This document shows, in pieces, positions 29,734 through 38,331 of a DNA stretch of 64,000 nt. This DNA is from Rhodospirillales bacterium (lineage in GTDB: Bacteria > Pseudomonadota > Alphaproteobacteria > Acetobacterales > Acetobacteraceae). The notes under the pieces are model-generated. The model ran no database searches. It was given only the letters and a program-made list of their open reading frames with translations, and had not been told where the DNA came from. Position 1 is the first letter of the stretch; each line of letters opens with the position of its first letter. The position numbers were made by a program, and so were the translations under genes. Where the stretch lies: positions 5,402 to 69,401 of the forward strand of contig JBAXFK010000001.1 in assembly GCA_037139955.1 (NCBI GenBank). Direction: 5' to 3'.

Positions 29734-30549
29734 TCAGGCGTCCGGTGCGGTGGTCATGGCATGCAACATACCGCAGATCGCCACCATTTTGGGGAGCACA
29801 TCGCCGATAAAAGGCGCAATCGCCTCACGCGCTCCCGGCGGTGAAGGACCGGCGGCCGTGCCGATGCCGGCAGCGGTCGCACGCGCCTGCCGGGCAGTGT
29901 CGGCAATGGCAGCATGCAACGCGCGGGAGGCCTGCATGGGCGCGAGGGCGGACCACACCAGCCCCCAATACGGCGGCCAGTAAGATAGATGGCGGTACAT
30001 GCTGGCGAGGATGGGGGCCGCTGCGTCGGTACCGAAAAGGTTCAGTCGCACAACCAGGGCTGCGACATGCGAGGGCATAGCATCGAGCGAGGGAAGCGGG
30101 GGAAGCGAGATGGTGGGGTTTTGCTCTCGACCGCCGGCTCCCGCCCTCGGGGGGAGCGGTGAAATACCGTCCGCAGATGCCGACACGGCCGTTAGCGCTA
30201 TCAACGCCATGCTGTTGGTGTGGTCGTAAGCCGCCAACACGGCTCGGACGGAGGCCAGCGCGTCGGGTGCAAGGCCGAACGATGCGAAGACTTCGGGCGG
30301 GACGGATGGCAATATCGGCAAGGTAAGACCGGCGCGAAACGTCTGCGCCGCGCCCGCGACAGTGCCATCGACATAAAGCGGCCGGATGGCGCGCCACGCC
30401 CAGGGCAGCGCGTCCGGGATCGTCGCCAAATGCCGCCAGATCAAATTCACCACCCCCACGCCGTACACCGCGCGGATGTCGGCGAAGATGGCGGCGGTTT
30501 CCCCGGTGGCCTCGGCTTCCGCGACCGCCGGGATGGGATCGCCGGCCAT
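29734..30549 (-). CDS. DehI (halocarboxylic acid dehalogenase I)-family-like protein
   Basis: FADIRAVYGVGVVNLIWRHLATIPDALPWAWRA and VLAAYDHTNSMALIALTAV match my recollection of conserved DehI N-terminal blocks. The ATG directly abuts the GGT stop codon. Confidence 0.55.
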   Translation of the reverse strand: MAGDPIPAVAEAEATGETAAIFADIRAVYGVGVVNLIWRHLATIPDALPWAWRAIRPLYVDGTVAGAAQTFRAGLTLPILPSVPPEVFASFGLAPDALASVRAVLAAYDHTNSMALIALTAVSASADGISPLPPRAGAGGREQNPTISLPPLPSLDAMPSHVAALVVRLNLFGTDAAAPILASMYRHLSYWPPYWGLVWSALAPMQASRALHAAIADTARQARATAAGIGTAAGPSPPGAREAIAPFIGDVLPKMVAICGMLHAMTTAPDA

Positions 30550-32124
30550 TCAGACTTGCGCCACCGCCGCAGACCAGGGGCTGGCTGCGTCCGAAATGCC
30601 GGTGCGGCTACCGTCGGCGTGCAGCAGGATCATGTTCGGGCAAGCGAAATTGATAGGCATGACGCCGTGCTCCACAATCTCGGTCGGTCCGTCGGCCTCC
30701 AGCGCGGCGATAACGTCCGGCGGCAGACGGATGTCGGCCGAGCAGCCATCCGGGCCGGACACGTCGATGCGCGGGTGGTGGGCGGCTTCGTCGGGGGTCA
30801 TGCCGAAATCGGCGACGAACATCGTAACCTGCGCCACCGAGGCCAAGATGCGCCGCCCGCCGGACGCACCGACCGCCAGCCAGGGGCGATCCCCGTCATT
30901 GAGAACGATCGGCGACATATTGGTCAGCGGGCGCTTGCCCGGCGCGATCGCGTTCAAGGAGTTGGGGTTCGGGTCGAACCACATAACCCCGTTATTCATC
31001 AGTACCCCGCAGCCCGGCAGGACCACCCGGCTGCCCATCGACGACAGCAACGTGGTGGTCATGGTGACGACCGTGCCCTCGGCGTCGCATACGGTGAGGT
31101 GCGTGGTGCAGGTCTCCGCCGCCAACGGATCGGCATCGCCCAACCCAGCCAGACGCTCGGCGTAAGCATCTTTCATCGCACGGGAGAAAGCGGCGTACCA
31201 CGCAGCGTCCGGAGATTTGCCGAAGGGCGCGGACTTCATCCGGTCCAGCACCCGAATCATGGTCGGTGCTGCGGTCAGGCCGCCGGTCAATTGCAAGGTG
31301 CGACCGCGCCATTGGTATTCGGTCGCGGGGAAGACGCGGGACTGGCAGTTGTTCAGGTCGGCGGCGTTCAGAACCCCGCCCAGCGCCTTCACGTCGGCAA
31401 CCAGCGTGCGGGCGACATCGCCGCGATAGAAATCGTCCAGCCCGGCGTGGCTGAGCCGCTCCAGCGTCGCCGCCAGATTGCCCTGCTGGAGAAAACCCGG
31501 CGTGCCCTGATACGGCGCGACCGGCGGCAGCCCGCCGGGCAAATAGATGCGGGCACTCTCGTCGTACAGCTTCAACACCGAAGCCGAGGAGGCGATTTTC
31601 AGCGTCGTGTACCAATCCTGCGGCAGACCGCGCTTCGCCAGGGCCAAGGCCGGCGCCATGATCTCGGCGATCGGCAGCTTGCCCCATTGCTTCAGCATCC
31701 GATCGTAGCCCGCCAAAGCGGACGGAATAGCAAAGGATAGGGGGCCGTGGATGTTGGCATCGCCCTCGACCTCGGGCCAAGCGAACAAATCGTTTTTCAT
31801 CCGCCCGGTCAGCTTGAACACGGACGGATTCAGCCCTCTGGGCGCCACCGGTCCGAAATCCACTACGTCGGCCTTGGGCTGCCCGGCCCGATGCACCAAC
31901 GCAAAGCCGATCCCGCCAAGACCCGAATTCCAGGGTTCGGCGGACGACAGCGCCAGCGCAGTGCCGACCGCAGCGTCGATCGCATTGCCGCCGGCATCGA
32001 GAATGGCAACCCCAGCCTCGGCGGCGGCTTTGACCTGCGACACGACCATGCCGCGCTTGCCGGTGGCGGATGCCTTGGACAGGGACCAATGCTGGGTGAC
32101 GTGGGGTGCGGGGGTGTAGGACAT
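30550..32124 (-). CDS. ggt: gamma-glutamyltransferase family protein
   Basis: Contains the autoprocessing/nucleophile site ETCTTHLTVCDAEGTVVTMTTTL and GASGGRRI. Start set to the ATG at 32124, which has GGAAG upstream; a TTG alternative lies at 32151. Confidence 0.9.
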   Translation of the reverse strand: MSYTPAPHVTQHWSLSKASATGKRGMVVSQVKAAAEAGVAILDAGGNAIDAAVGTALALSSAEPWNSGLGGIGFALVHRAGQPKADVVDFGPVAPRGLNPSVFKLTGRMKNDLFAWPEVEGDANIHGPLSFAIPSALAGYDRMLKQWGKLPIAEIMAPALALAKRGLPQDWYTTLKIASSASVLKLYDESARIYLPGGLPPVAPYQGTPGFLQQGNLAATLERLSHAGLDDFYRGDVARTLVADVKALGGVLNAADLNNCQSRVFPATEYQWRGRTLQLTGGLTAAPTMIRVLDRMKSAPFGKSPDAAWYAAFSRAMKDAYAERLAGLGDADPLAAETCTTHLTVCDAEGTVVTMTTTLLSSMGSRVVLPGCGVLMNNGVMWFDPNPNSLNAIAPGKRPLTNMSPIVLNDGDRPWLAVGASGGRRILASVAQVTMFVADFGMTPDEAAHHPRIDVSGPDGCSADIRLPPDVIAALEADGPTEIVEHGVMPINFACPNMILLHADGSRTGISDAASPWSAAVAQV

Positions 32125-32190
32125 GGTTGCAGCTTCCAATGGGTTGCCCAATGGTCGGACGGGTTTGGGTTTCAGGCAAGATAGCCCCGG

Positions 32191-32640
32191 TTACCCGCCC
32201 TTGCGCAAAGGGCGGGTAAAGCGGGACCCAGCCTCGATAAAACCGGTAGCGCGGCAGAAAGCGGACACGCTGAAATCGTCGGCCGCGACGGAGAATTCCA
32301 ACGCTCCGCAGCCGGCGACCCGCGCCGCCTGGGACGCTGCTTTAAGCAACATGCGGCCGATGCCGCGACGGCGGCTATCCGGCCCCACAAATAGGGTCAC
32401 GATTTGTGCCGTCGGTCGATCCGCGCCCAGAGTCGGAAACCAATGGAGCACCACCAAGCCGCTCGGCGGTCCCCACTCGACCGCGATCGAAGCCGCGCCG
32501 GCCGAGCGGTGGATGGCATCGAGACGCTCCGCCAAGACACGCGGCGGGATATCGTGCCCGGCCATAGCGAGCAGTTCCGACACGCCCAGTGCCTCCGCGC
32601 CGGTAGCGGCGCGAATTTCCATGCCGAACCGGTTTTTCAA
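32191..32640 (-). CDS. GNAT family N-acetyltransferase
   Basis: 149 aa with the acetyl-CoA motif VGPDSRRRGIGRMLL. Confidence 0.7.
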   Translation of the reverse strand: MKNRFGMEIRAATGAEALGVSELLAMAGHDIPPRVLAERLDAIHRSAGAASIAVEWGPPSGLVVLHWFPTLGADRPTAQIVTLFVGPDSRRRGIGRMLLKAASQAARVAGCGALEFSVAADDFSVSAFCRATGFIEAGSRFTRPLRKGG

Positions 32641-32655
32641 ATTCCCGATCCGAAA

Positions 32656-33285
32656 TCAATACAGCGTCTTCTTCAGCCGCTCGGGATATTCCCGGTCGTA
32701 TTGTTCCCCACCGACTTTACCGGCGCTGATATCGGCGAGCATCGTCCCTGTGCTGGGCAGCGATTTGCGGGAAATTTGCTTGTCCGGATTCCACAATTCC
32801 GAACGCACCAGCGCCTTGGGGCATTGGAAGTAAACCCGCTCGGCGGTGACCACGATCACGCTCCGCGGCAGGGTTCCACGAAACGGAAACCGCTCCAGTA
32901 AAGCGGGATCGACGGACACGACGGCGGTGCCGTTGACACGCAAGGTTTCGCCGACGCCGGGAATCAGAAACAGCAGCGTCACCCTAGGGTCGTGAATGAT
33001 ATTGCGAAGGCTGTCGGCGCGGTTGTTGCCGCGCCGATCGGGGATCGCCAGCGTCTTATCGTCCAGCACATGCACGAACCCCGCAGGATCGCCGCGCGGG
33101 GACACATCCAACCCGCCCGGTCCGCTGGTGCCAAGCACGACGAACGGCGAGGCCTCGATCATTCCCCGATAATGCGGATGAATATAATCGATTTCCTTCG
33201 CGATCGCGCCCGGCGAAATTTCCCCGTACAGCGCGTTCAGCGTCGCCTCGTCGCGGATAAGATGGTCCGGCGCGAGCATGTCCAT
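32656..33285 (-). CDS. pyridoxamine 5'-phosphate oxidase (PPOX)-type FMN-binding family protein
   Basis: 209 aa. The LGTSGPGGLDVSPRGDPAGFV...IPDRRGNNRADSLRNI pattern is typical of MSMEG_1061-like PPOX flavoproteins. Confidence 0.65.
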   Translation of the reverse strand: MDMLAPDHLIRDEATLNALYGEISPGAIAKEIDYIHPHYRGMIEASPFVVLGTSGPGGLDVSPRGDPAGFVHVLDDKTLAIPDRRGNNRADSLRNIIHDPRVTLLFLIPGVGETLRVNGTAVVSVDPALLERFPFRGTLPRSVIVVTAERVYFQCPKALVRSELWNPDKQISRKSLPSTGTMLADISAGKVGGEQYDREYPERLKKTLY

Positions 33286-33288
33286 GGC

Positions 33289-34302
33289 TCAGTTCCCCTG
33301 GGTTCGGCCGCCCCGTTTTTGTGCGGGATGGACCGTCTTGCCGATAATATCCGCATCCAGCCCGATCACGTGGGCGGATGACCCGACGATCAGCGGGTCG
33401 GGACTGCCGACAATATGCCGATCCTTCGTGGCGTAAGGCAATGACGCGAGGAAATGCTGCATGCAGTTCAATCGAGCACGCTTTTTGTCGTCGGATTTGA
33501 CGATGGTCCAAGGGGCGTCGGCGGTGTCGGTATGGAAGAACATCGCCTCCTTCGCCTCGGTGTATTGGTCCCACTTATCCAACGACGCGCGATCGATCGG
33601 CGACAATTTCCACTGCTTCAACGGATCGGTTTCGCGTTCGGTAAAGCGGCGGCGCTGTTCCTCCTGACTGACGGAAAACCAGTATTTGAACAGCCGAATG
33701 CCGGAGCGGACGAGCATCCGTTCCAGATCCGGGCATTGGCGCATGAATTCCAAATATTCGGGCGGGCTGCAAAACCCCATCACCCGTTCCACCCCGGCTC
33801 GGTTGTACCAAGAACGATCGAACAGCACGATTTCCCCGGCGGCAGGCAAGGTTGTAATGTAGCGCTGGAAAAACCACTGAGTCCGCTCGCGATCGGTGGG
33901 CTTCTGCAAGGCCACGACCCTCGGGGTGCGGGGGTTCGTATGCTCCATGAAACGCTTGATGGTGCCGCCCTTGCCGGCGGCGTCCCGACCCTCGAACAGA
34001 ATGACGACGCGCTCGCCGGTTTCTTCCACCCAACGCTGCGCTTTCAATAATTCCCGTTGCAAATCGAGCATATGCGCCTCGTACGGCGCGGCGCGCATTC
34101 GGGATTGGTAAGGATATTCGCCGGTTTCGAACAACCGCCGAATCGCCGCCGGATCGTGACGAAGCTGCGCGATAGACTGTACCGGCGTTGCCCGAGGTAC
34201 CGCCGGCTCGGCAGGCTGCATGTCGGTTTCCGGTGACTGGGTATCGCTATCTTTTACCATCGTCGTTGGCCTTACTGTTGCAATGTCGGCAACTGAGCAC
34301 AC
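33289..34302 (-). CDS. ppk2: polyphosphate kinase 2
   Basis: Contains VILFEGRDAAGKGGTIKR (Walker A) and IVLFDRSWYNRAGVERVMGF. The GTG start overlaps the rraA-like stop (TAGTG). An alternative ATG lies at 34260. Confidence 0.9.
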   Translation of the reverse strand: MCSVADIATVRPTTMVKDSDTQSPETDMQPAEPAVPRATPVQSIAQLRHDPAAIRRLFETGEYPYQSRMRAAPYEAHMLDLQRELLKAQRWVEETGERVVILFEGRDAAGKGGTIKRFMEHTNPRTPRVVALQKPTDRERTQWFFQRYITTLPAAGEIVLFDRSWYNRAGVERVMGFCSPPEYLEFMRQCPDLERMLVRSGIRLFKYWFSVSQEEQRRRFTERETDPLKQWKLSPIDRASLDKWDQYTEAKEAMFFHTDTADAPWTIVKSDDKKRARLNCMQHFLASLPYATKDRHIVGSPDPLIVGSSAHVIGLDADIIGKTVHPAQKRGGRTQGN

Positions 34303-34985
34303 TATGTAAAGATGGTTGCCGTTGCAATGACCTTGGCCGGGCCGTCCAGCATGGTAGCGCCGGCACGCACCAAAGCCTCGGTCCGAGCCTCGGCGGCACG
34401 CACTTGTTCCAGGCGGTCCAGCACGATTTCCAATTGCTCGAACGGCACCACGACCACCCCGTCGGCATCGCCCACGATCACGTCGCCGGACCGCACATAT
34501 ACATCGCCCAAGGTGACGGGCGCGCCCACGACTCCAGGCCCGTTCAGCGCGGGAGAATTCGGTTGAATGCCGCGACAGAACACCGGAAGGCCGGTGGCGA
34601 TAATCCCGGCCTTATCGCGCGCCAGCCCGTCGGTGACGAAGGCCGCCACGCCCTTGTTCTTCATGACCCCTGCGGCGAGGTCGCCGAACACCGCCGTTTT
34701 CGTGAACGCGTCATTGGCCAGAACGATCACGTCGCCCGCCTGCGCCTCGTGCACCGCGCCGAACATCGCGGCGATGTCGGCGGGATAGGCAAACGCGGTC
34801 AAGGCGGGGCCGGCGAACACCGCGTTGGATGGGTCCAGCGGTTTGACGGTGTAGTCGAGTGCCCCCCGTCCCGCCATCGCGTCGCATAGATGGGATGTCT
34901 GGGCGCCGCGAAACCGGGCGACCAGAGCCGGGTCGGGACGACGGTGGCCGCGATGGATGGTCAGGATCGGGGGATTGCCGAGCAT
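34302..34985 (-). CDS. RraA family protein (RNase E regulator / HMG-CHA aldolase-like)
   Basis: 227 aa with the blocks GDVIVLANDAF...AVFGDLAAGVMKNKGVAAFVTDGLARD and GDVIVGDADGVVVVP, which are typical of RraA. Confidence 0.75.
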   Translation of the reverse strand: MLGNPPILTIHRGHRRPDPALVARFRGAQTSHLCDAMAGRGALDYTVKPLDPSNAVFAGPALTAFAYPADIAAMFGAVHEAQAGDVIVLANDAFTKTAVFGDLAAGVMKNKGVAAFVTDGLARDKAGIIATGLPVFCRGIQPNSPALNGPGVVGAPVTLGDVYVRSGDVIVGDADGVVVVPFEQLEIVLDRLEQVRAAEARTEALVRAGATMLDGPAKVIATATIFT

Positions 34986-35079
34986 GGGGGACGTCCTCTG
35001 TGTTATTGTCTTGCCGGGTTATTGTCTTGCCGGAGGTTATCGCATGGGATTCCTAGAAGTCGTTACCCCCGCCGAGATG
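34909..35079 (+). repeat. 171-bp direct repeat, copy A (rraA-like 5' end + intergenic region + 5' end of the small membrane-protein gene)
   Basis: Read as identical to 37090-37260 (offset 2181). Mirror copies lie at 49152-49322 and 46971-47141. Confidence 0.9.
35002..35040 (+). repeat. 16-bp tandem direct repeat GTTATTGTCTTGCCGG x2 plus a partial third copy, in the divergent promoter region
   Basis: Units at 35002-35017 and 35018-35033, then AGGTTAT. The same element occurs at 37183-37221 and, mirrored, at 49191-49229 and 47010-47048. Confidence 0.85.
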
Positions 35080-35227
35080 GAGGCCGGACACGCTGACGCT
35101 GTCCGTGATGATCGACACCGGGCTTATTCCACCTATGCGGCCTTACGCATTGCCGATCCAGATGATCGCGGCGACGAATTATATCCTTTTAAATCTTTGG
35201 GTTCCCGGTCTATTTCACGGCATTCTG

Positions 35228-35512
35228 TTAAAGGCAACGCAGGAGTTTTTCTTCCGGCGCGCCAATCTCGAACGCGGCGGCAAGGTCTTGCGGCACGAAG
35301 GGCATGCCGATCAGGCGGTACGGTCGGATCCCTTGTTGCTTCAGACGCTTCCAGGTGGAAAGCAGATCGCGCAGGGTCGCGTAACTATAGGCTTTGGACG
35401 CTAGGCCCAAGGTGGACTCGGTCGGTGCCTGCAGGCCGGGAACGGGGATCAATGCCAATCGGTGATGCTCGTCGTCGTAGGTCAGGAAGCACACACGCGC
35501 GTCCTCAAGCAT
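35228..35512 (-). pseudogene. fragment of a VOC/extradiol-dioxygenase-like gene
   Basis: CFLTYDDEHHRLALIPVPGL...YATLRDLLSTWKRLKQQGIRP resembles the central part of a VOC family known to me. The flanking parts are missing or frame-shifted. Local GC is lower. Confidence 0.4.
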
Positions 35513-36077
35513 GGTGCGGTCGAGAGCGGATGGCGGGCATTATGGCATCCATGCCGGATCTCCTGATGGTGGATAGACACATGCGGCACTAGCAGTCGCA
35601 GAAGCAATATTTCGCTTCATGCGATGAGCGGGTGGCGACGGCAGTGGATGCGGTGATCGTCGCGCGGATGTCGTCGGGACGAGGAACTGCATGCAAGACG
35701 AACCAATCGTACAACAGACCCAATATGCTTTGCACCCGACCAGAACCGCATCTCCCAAAATCTCCACTTCCATCGGAATTATAATTTGCATAGGTGGCCC
35801 GACATCCTTTACAATCGTAACATTGCCGAGGATGATCGATGGCTACCATTGGACGAGCAATGAATCTAACCGGCCGACTGGGCGAGCTTGGCCGCTATGG
35901 GGCCAAGGTGAGCGTTTTCCTCGCAAGTGTTGCGACTGTTGTTGTTGCCCTACGAGATATAATTGAAGGGGCGCCTGTTGCATGTCGTATTTGGTCGGGC
36001 CTCCCGTGGTGCCCTACACCAATGCCGGATCCATTAGACGCTTACTTGAAAATTCTCGTCAACTAGGAGGGACTAAA

Positions 36078-36614
36078 ATGTCGCGAACTAGCCTTGTCAT
36101 CGCATCGCTTGCAGCTTTATTCGTTGTGACGCCGCATGTCACCAAAGCCGAGTGCCCTTCACCTTTTCCGGACCCCCCCACGAAGGCCCACCTTCAAGGC
36201 TGCTTGGGCGATATCGCAGAACTTCGCAAAGCTGTTGCCGAGTTGAGACGGTCCCCACCTGCCGTGATCCCATCGGGTGCAGTCATGGCATTCCTACGAA
36301 CTGACCCGAGTAGAATCTGCCCGCAAGGTTGGGCGCCGCTCACGGAAGCAGCTGGCAGATTTGTTATTGGCGCGGGAGGCACTTTCCAAGCGTCTACACC
36401 CGCAACCATAGTGACGGGAGGGCAGGCGGGCGTATCGCTGTCGGTCACCGTTAACGTTGCTGCAGACGGTCGTCACGGCAGCGACGTTCAGTGGGGTAGC
36501 ACGCCATGGGGTCCCGGCCCCAACCCGGCTGCCGGTGGTCAAACCGCCGCTGGAAAATCGTCCGAGCTTCCATTGCCACCGTATATTGTTCTGGATTATT
36601 GCAAAAAGCAATAA
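36078..36614 (+). CDS. small secreted protein with a phage-tail-collar-like C-terminal region
   Basis: GGAGGGACTAAAATG RBS and start. Signal peptide MSRTSLVIASLAALFVVTPHVTKA. CPQGWAPLTEAAGRFVIGAGG and the terminal LPPYIVLDYCKK resemble P-x-GW...GRF/V and PPY(L/I)xLNY of tail-collar (MdpB-like) domains. Confidence 0.5.
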   Translation: MSRTSLVIASLAALFVVTPHVTKAECPSPFPDPPTKAHLQGCLGDIAELRKAVAELRRSPPAVIPSGAVMAFLRTDPSRICPQGWAPLTEAAGRFVIGAGGTFQASTPATIVTGGQAGVSLSVTVNVAADGRHGSDVQWGSTPWGPGPNPAAGGQTAAGKSSELPLPPYIVLDYCKKQ

Positions 36615-36806
36615 TCCACATGGCAAATGCGAGCAGATGAGCCGAGCGGCCTACTCTCGACATCCATCTCCGTTTCACCGTGGCATTCGCCGTTTGAGGG
36701 GTTCGTGCTAGGCGGCAGTTCCGACGTCACTGCATCGGCTAGACTACGCGGCCGCCGTTTAAGTGAAGCTGAACCGCTGGTTGAACGATTAAGCTCATTT
36801 TTCCAG

Positions 36807-37078
36807 TCACCGATCCTCCCGCCGAGCACCGTTGAACAGGCCGTTGACCGTCATGGTAACGTTCTTGACGTAGGGGCGCCAGGAAGTACCCGCGTGGGTG
36901 TATAAGATAATCGAGCGAGCACCATCGTCAATCAGTTTGTATTCGATCTAAAAAAGCAGTTACTGATGCTTGACAGTTCGCTTTCCAGCGACTGGGCTTC
37001 AAAAAATTTGTGGACCTCGGCGTTGAGGTAACCGTCGCTGTTCAGCGACCCATTGCATTTATAGGCTAGGTCGAGCAT
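36807..37078 (-). pseudogene. frame-shifted C-terminal fragment of a family-5 (peptide/nickel type) ABC solute-binding protein gene
   Basis: Two adjacent minus-strand frames read ...GYLNAEVHKFFEAQSLESEL... and KLIDDGARSIILYTHAGTSWRPYVKNVTMTVNGLF. Together they resemble the C-terminal end of DppA/OppA-like SBPs. There is no N-terminal part. Confidence 0.35.
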
Positions 37079-37089
37079 CGGGTCTGCGT

Positions 37090-37260
37090 CGAAACCGGGC
37101 GACCAGAGCCGGGTCGGGACGACGGTGGCCGCGATGGATGGTCAGGATCGGGGGATTGCCGAGCATGGGGGACGTCCTCTGTGTTATTGTCTTGCCGGGT
37201 TATTGTCTTGCCGGAGGTTATCGCATGGGATTCCTAGAAGTCGTTACCCCCGCCGAGATG
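37090..37260 (+). repeat. 171-bp direct repeat, copy B
   Basis: Identical to 34909-35079. Here the rraA-like 5' fragment is truncated at 37090 and the small membrane-protein gene continues intact. Confidence 0.9.
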
Positions 37261-37422
37261 ACGGCTGGCCACGCACTCGGTCTTGCGACGATGGTGGTTC
37301 TGATATTCGTCGGCCACATCCCGCCGTTGCGGCCCTACGCGACGCGCATCCGCAGAGTGGCAGCGGGGTGCTATCTGGCCGGTGTGGCTGGATTTGTCCT
37401 GTATTTCGCGATGTTTCGTTAG
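37225..37422 (+). CDS. small two-TM membrane protein (65 aa), hypothetical
   Basis: GGAGG lies 7 nt upstream of the ATG. The protein MGFLEVVTPAEMTAGHALGLATMVVLIFVGHIPPLRPYATRIRRVAAGCYLAGVAGFVLYFAMFR has two hydrophobic helices. A diverged, frame-shifted homolog (IPPMRPYA...) follows repeat copy A. Confidence 0.45.
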   Translation: MGFLEVVTPAEMTAGHALGLATMVVLIFVGHIPPLRPYATRIRRVAAGCYLAGVAGFVLYFAMFR

Positions 37423-37533
37423 GGGCGCGAGCGTTCCTCTGCCCGCGCGACACCCTTCTTCAATGCGCAAGCTAGCCCTTAGTTGCCATTACCATCGGCA
37501 CTATGAGGGTTGCAGCCACACGGAACGCCCTCG

Positions 37534-38328
37534 TCAAACCGTCAGAAAATCCAGCACCGCCGCGTTGAACCGTGTCGGGTCTTCATTGCTCAAATCGTGC
37601 GTTGTGCCGGGGATGACGACGCGGCGGACGTCCGGGATCGCCCGCACCAGCGCTTCGACATTGGCAACGAAGGACGGCGGGGTGTCGCCGCCATTCACCA
37701 GCAGGGTGCGCGCCTGGATCGCCCGCGCGGCAGCCAGCGAGTACGGTTTCCGGTTCTCGTGCGCTTGCCCGAGCATGGAACGGGCGTTTTCGCGATGGTG
37801 TTGGCGGGGGGCATCGGGCCAGCGGTCCCAGACCCCGGGACCGTAGACGCGATCGACGAACTGCCGCATCCCGTCATCGATGCGCCCGGCCCCGATCTCC
37901 GCCGCCACGGCGTTGAAGCCCGCGACCTGACTGCCCGCTGCGATTGAACCGCCCAGCGTCGTGTCGCAATCGCCGCCGGGTTCGGACAGCACCAGTTCTT
38001 CCACCAGTTCGGGGTGTTCGCTGGCCACTCGGAACGAAATATGCCCGCCCCGCGAATGGCCCAACAACCGCGCGCGACCGCCGACCGCCTGGATGAACCC
38101 GGCAACGTCGGCGGTATGACGAGCAATGGTGAAATCCTGCCCGTCCCATACCGTCGGCCAACAGCCGAGCATGCTGAGCGCGTAGACACGATAGCGCGCC
38201 GCGAAGGCGTCCATCTGCGGCGCCCAATAGCGCTGGTCGAGTAACGTTCCATGCACCAACACCAAAGGCGGACCGTTGCCGGCCTCGGCGTAGTGGATCG
38301 GCCTGCCGTCGATGTCGATGCTGGGCAT
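37534..38328 (-). CDS. alpha/beta fold hydrolase
   Basis: 264 aa with the nucleophile elbow LLGHSRGGH and an HG-type oxyanion region LVLVHGTLLD. Confidence 0.8.
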   Translation of the reverse strand: MPSIDIDGRPIHYAEAGNGPPLVLVHGTLLDQRYWAPQMDAFAARYRVYALSMLGCWPTVWDGQDFTIARHTADVAGFIQAVGGRARLLGHSRGGHISFRVASEHPELVEELVLSEPGGDCDTTLGGSIAAGSQVAGFNAVAAEIGAGRIDDGMRQFVDRVYGPGVWDRWPDAPRQHHRENARSMLGQAHENRKPYSLAAARAIQARTLLVNGGDTPPSFVANVEALVRAIPDVRRVVIPGTTHDLSNEDPTRFNAAVLDFLTV

Positions 38329-38331
38329 GAA

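Noticed and set aside
30220-31740. 506-aa plus-strand ORF, with its mirror at 52491-54011
   Set aside because: It is an antisense shadow of the gamma-glutamyltransferase and DehI-like genes, with Arg/Gly-rich composition.
35589-35849. 86-aa Cys-rich minus-strand ORF (CYDCKGC ... CFCDC terminus), considered as a possible RiPP or bacteriocin precursor
   Set aside because: It has no convincing RBS and no maturation, transport or immunity genes nearby. It overlaps another equally weak ORF and lies in a segment made of gene fragments, so I cannot support it from sequence alone.
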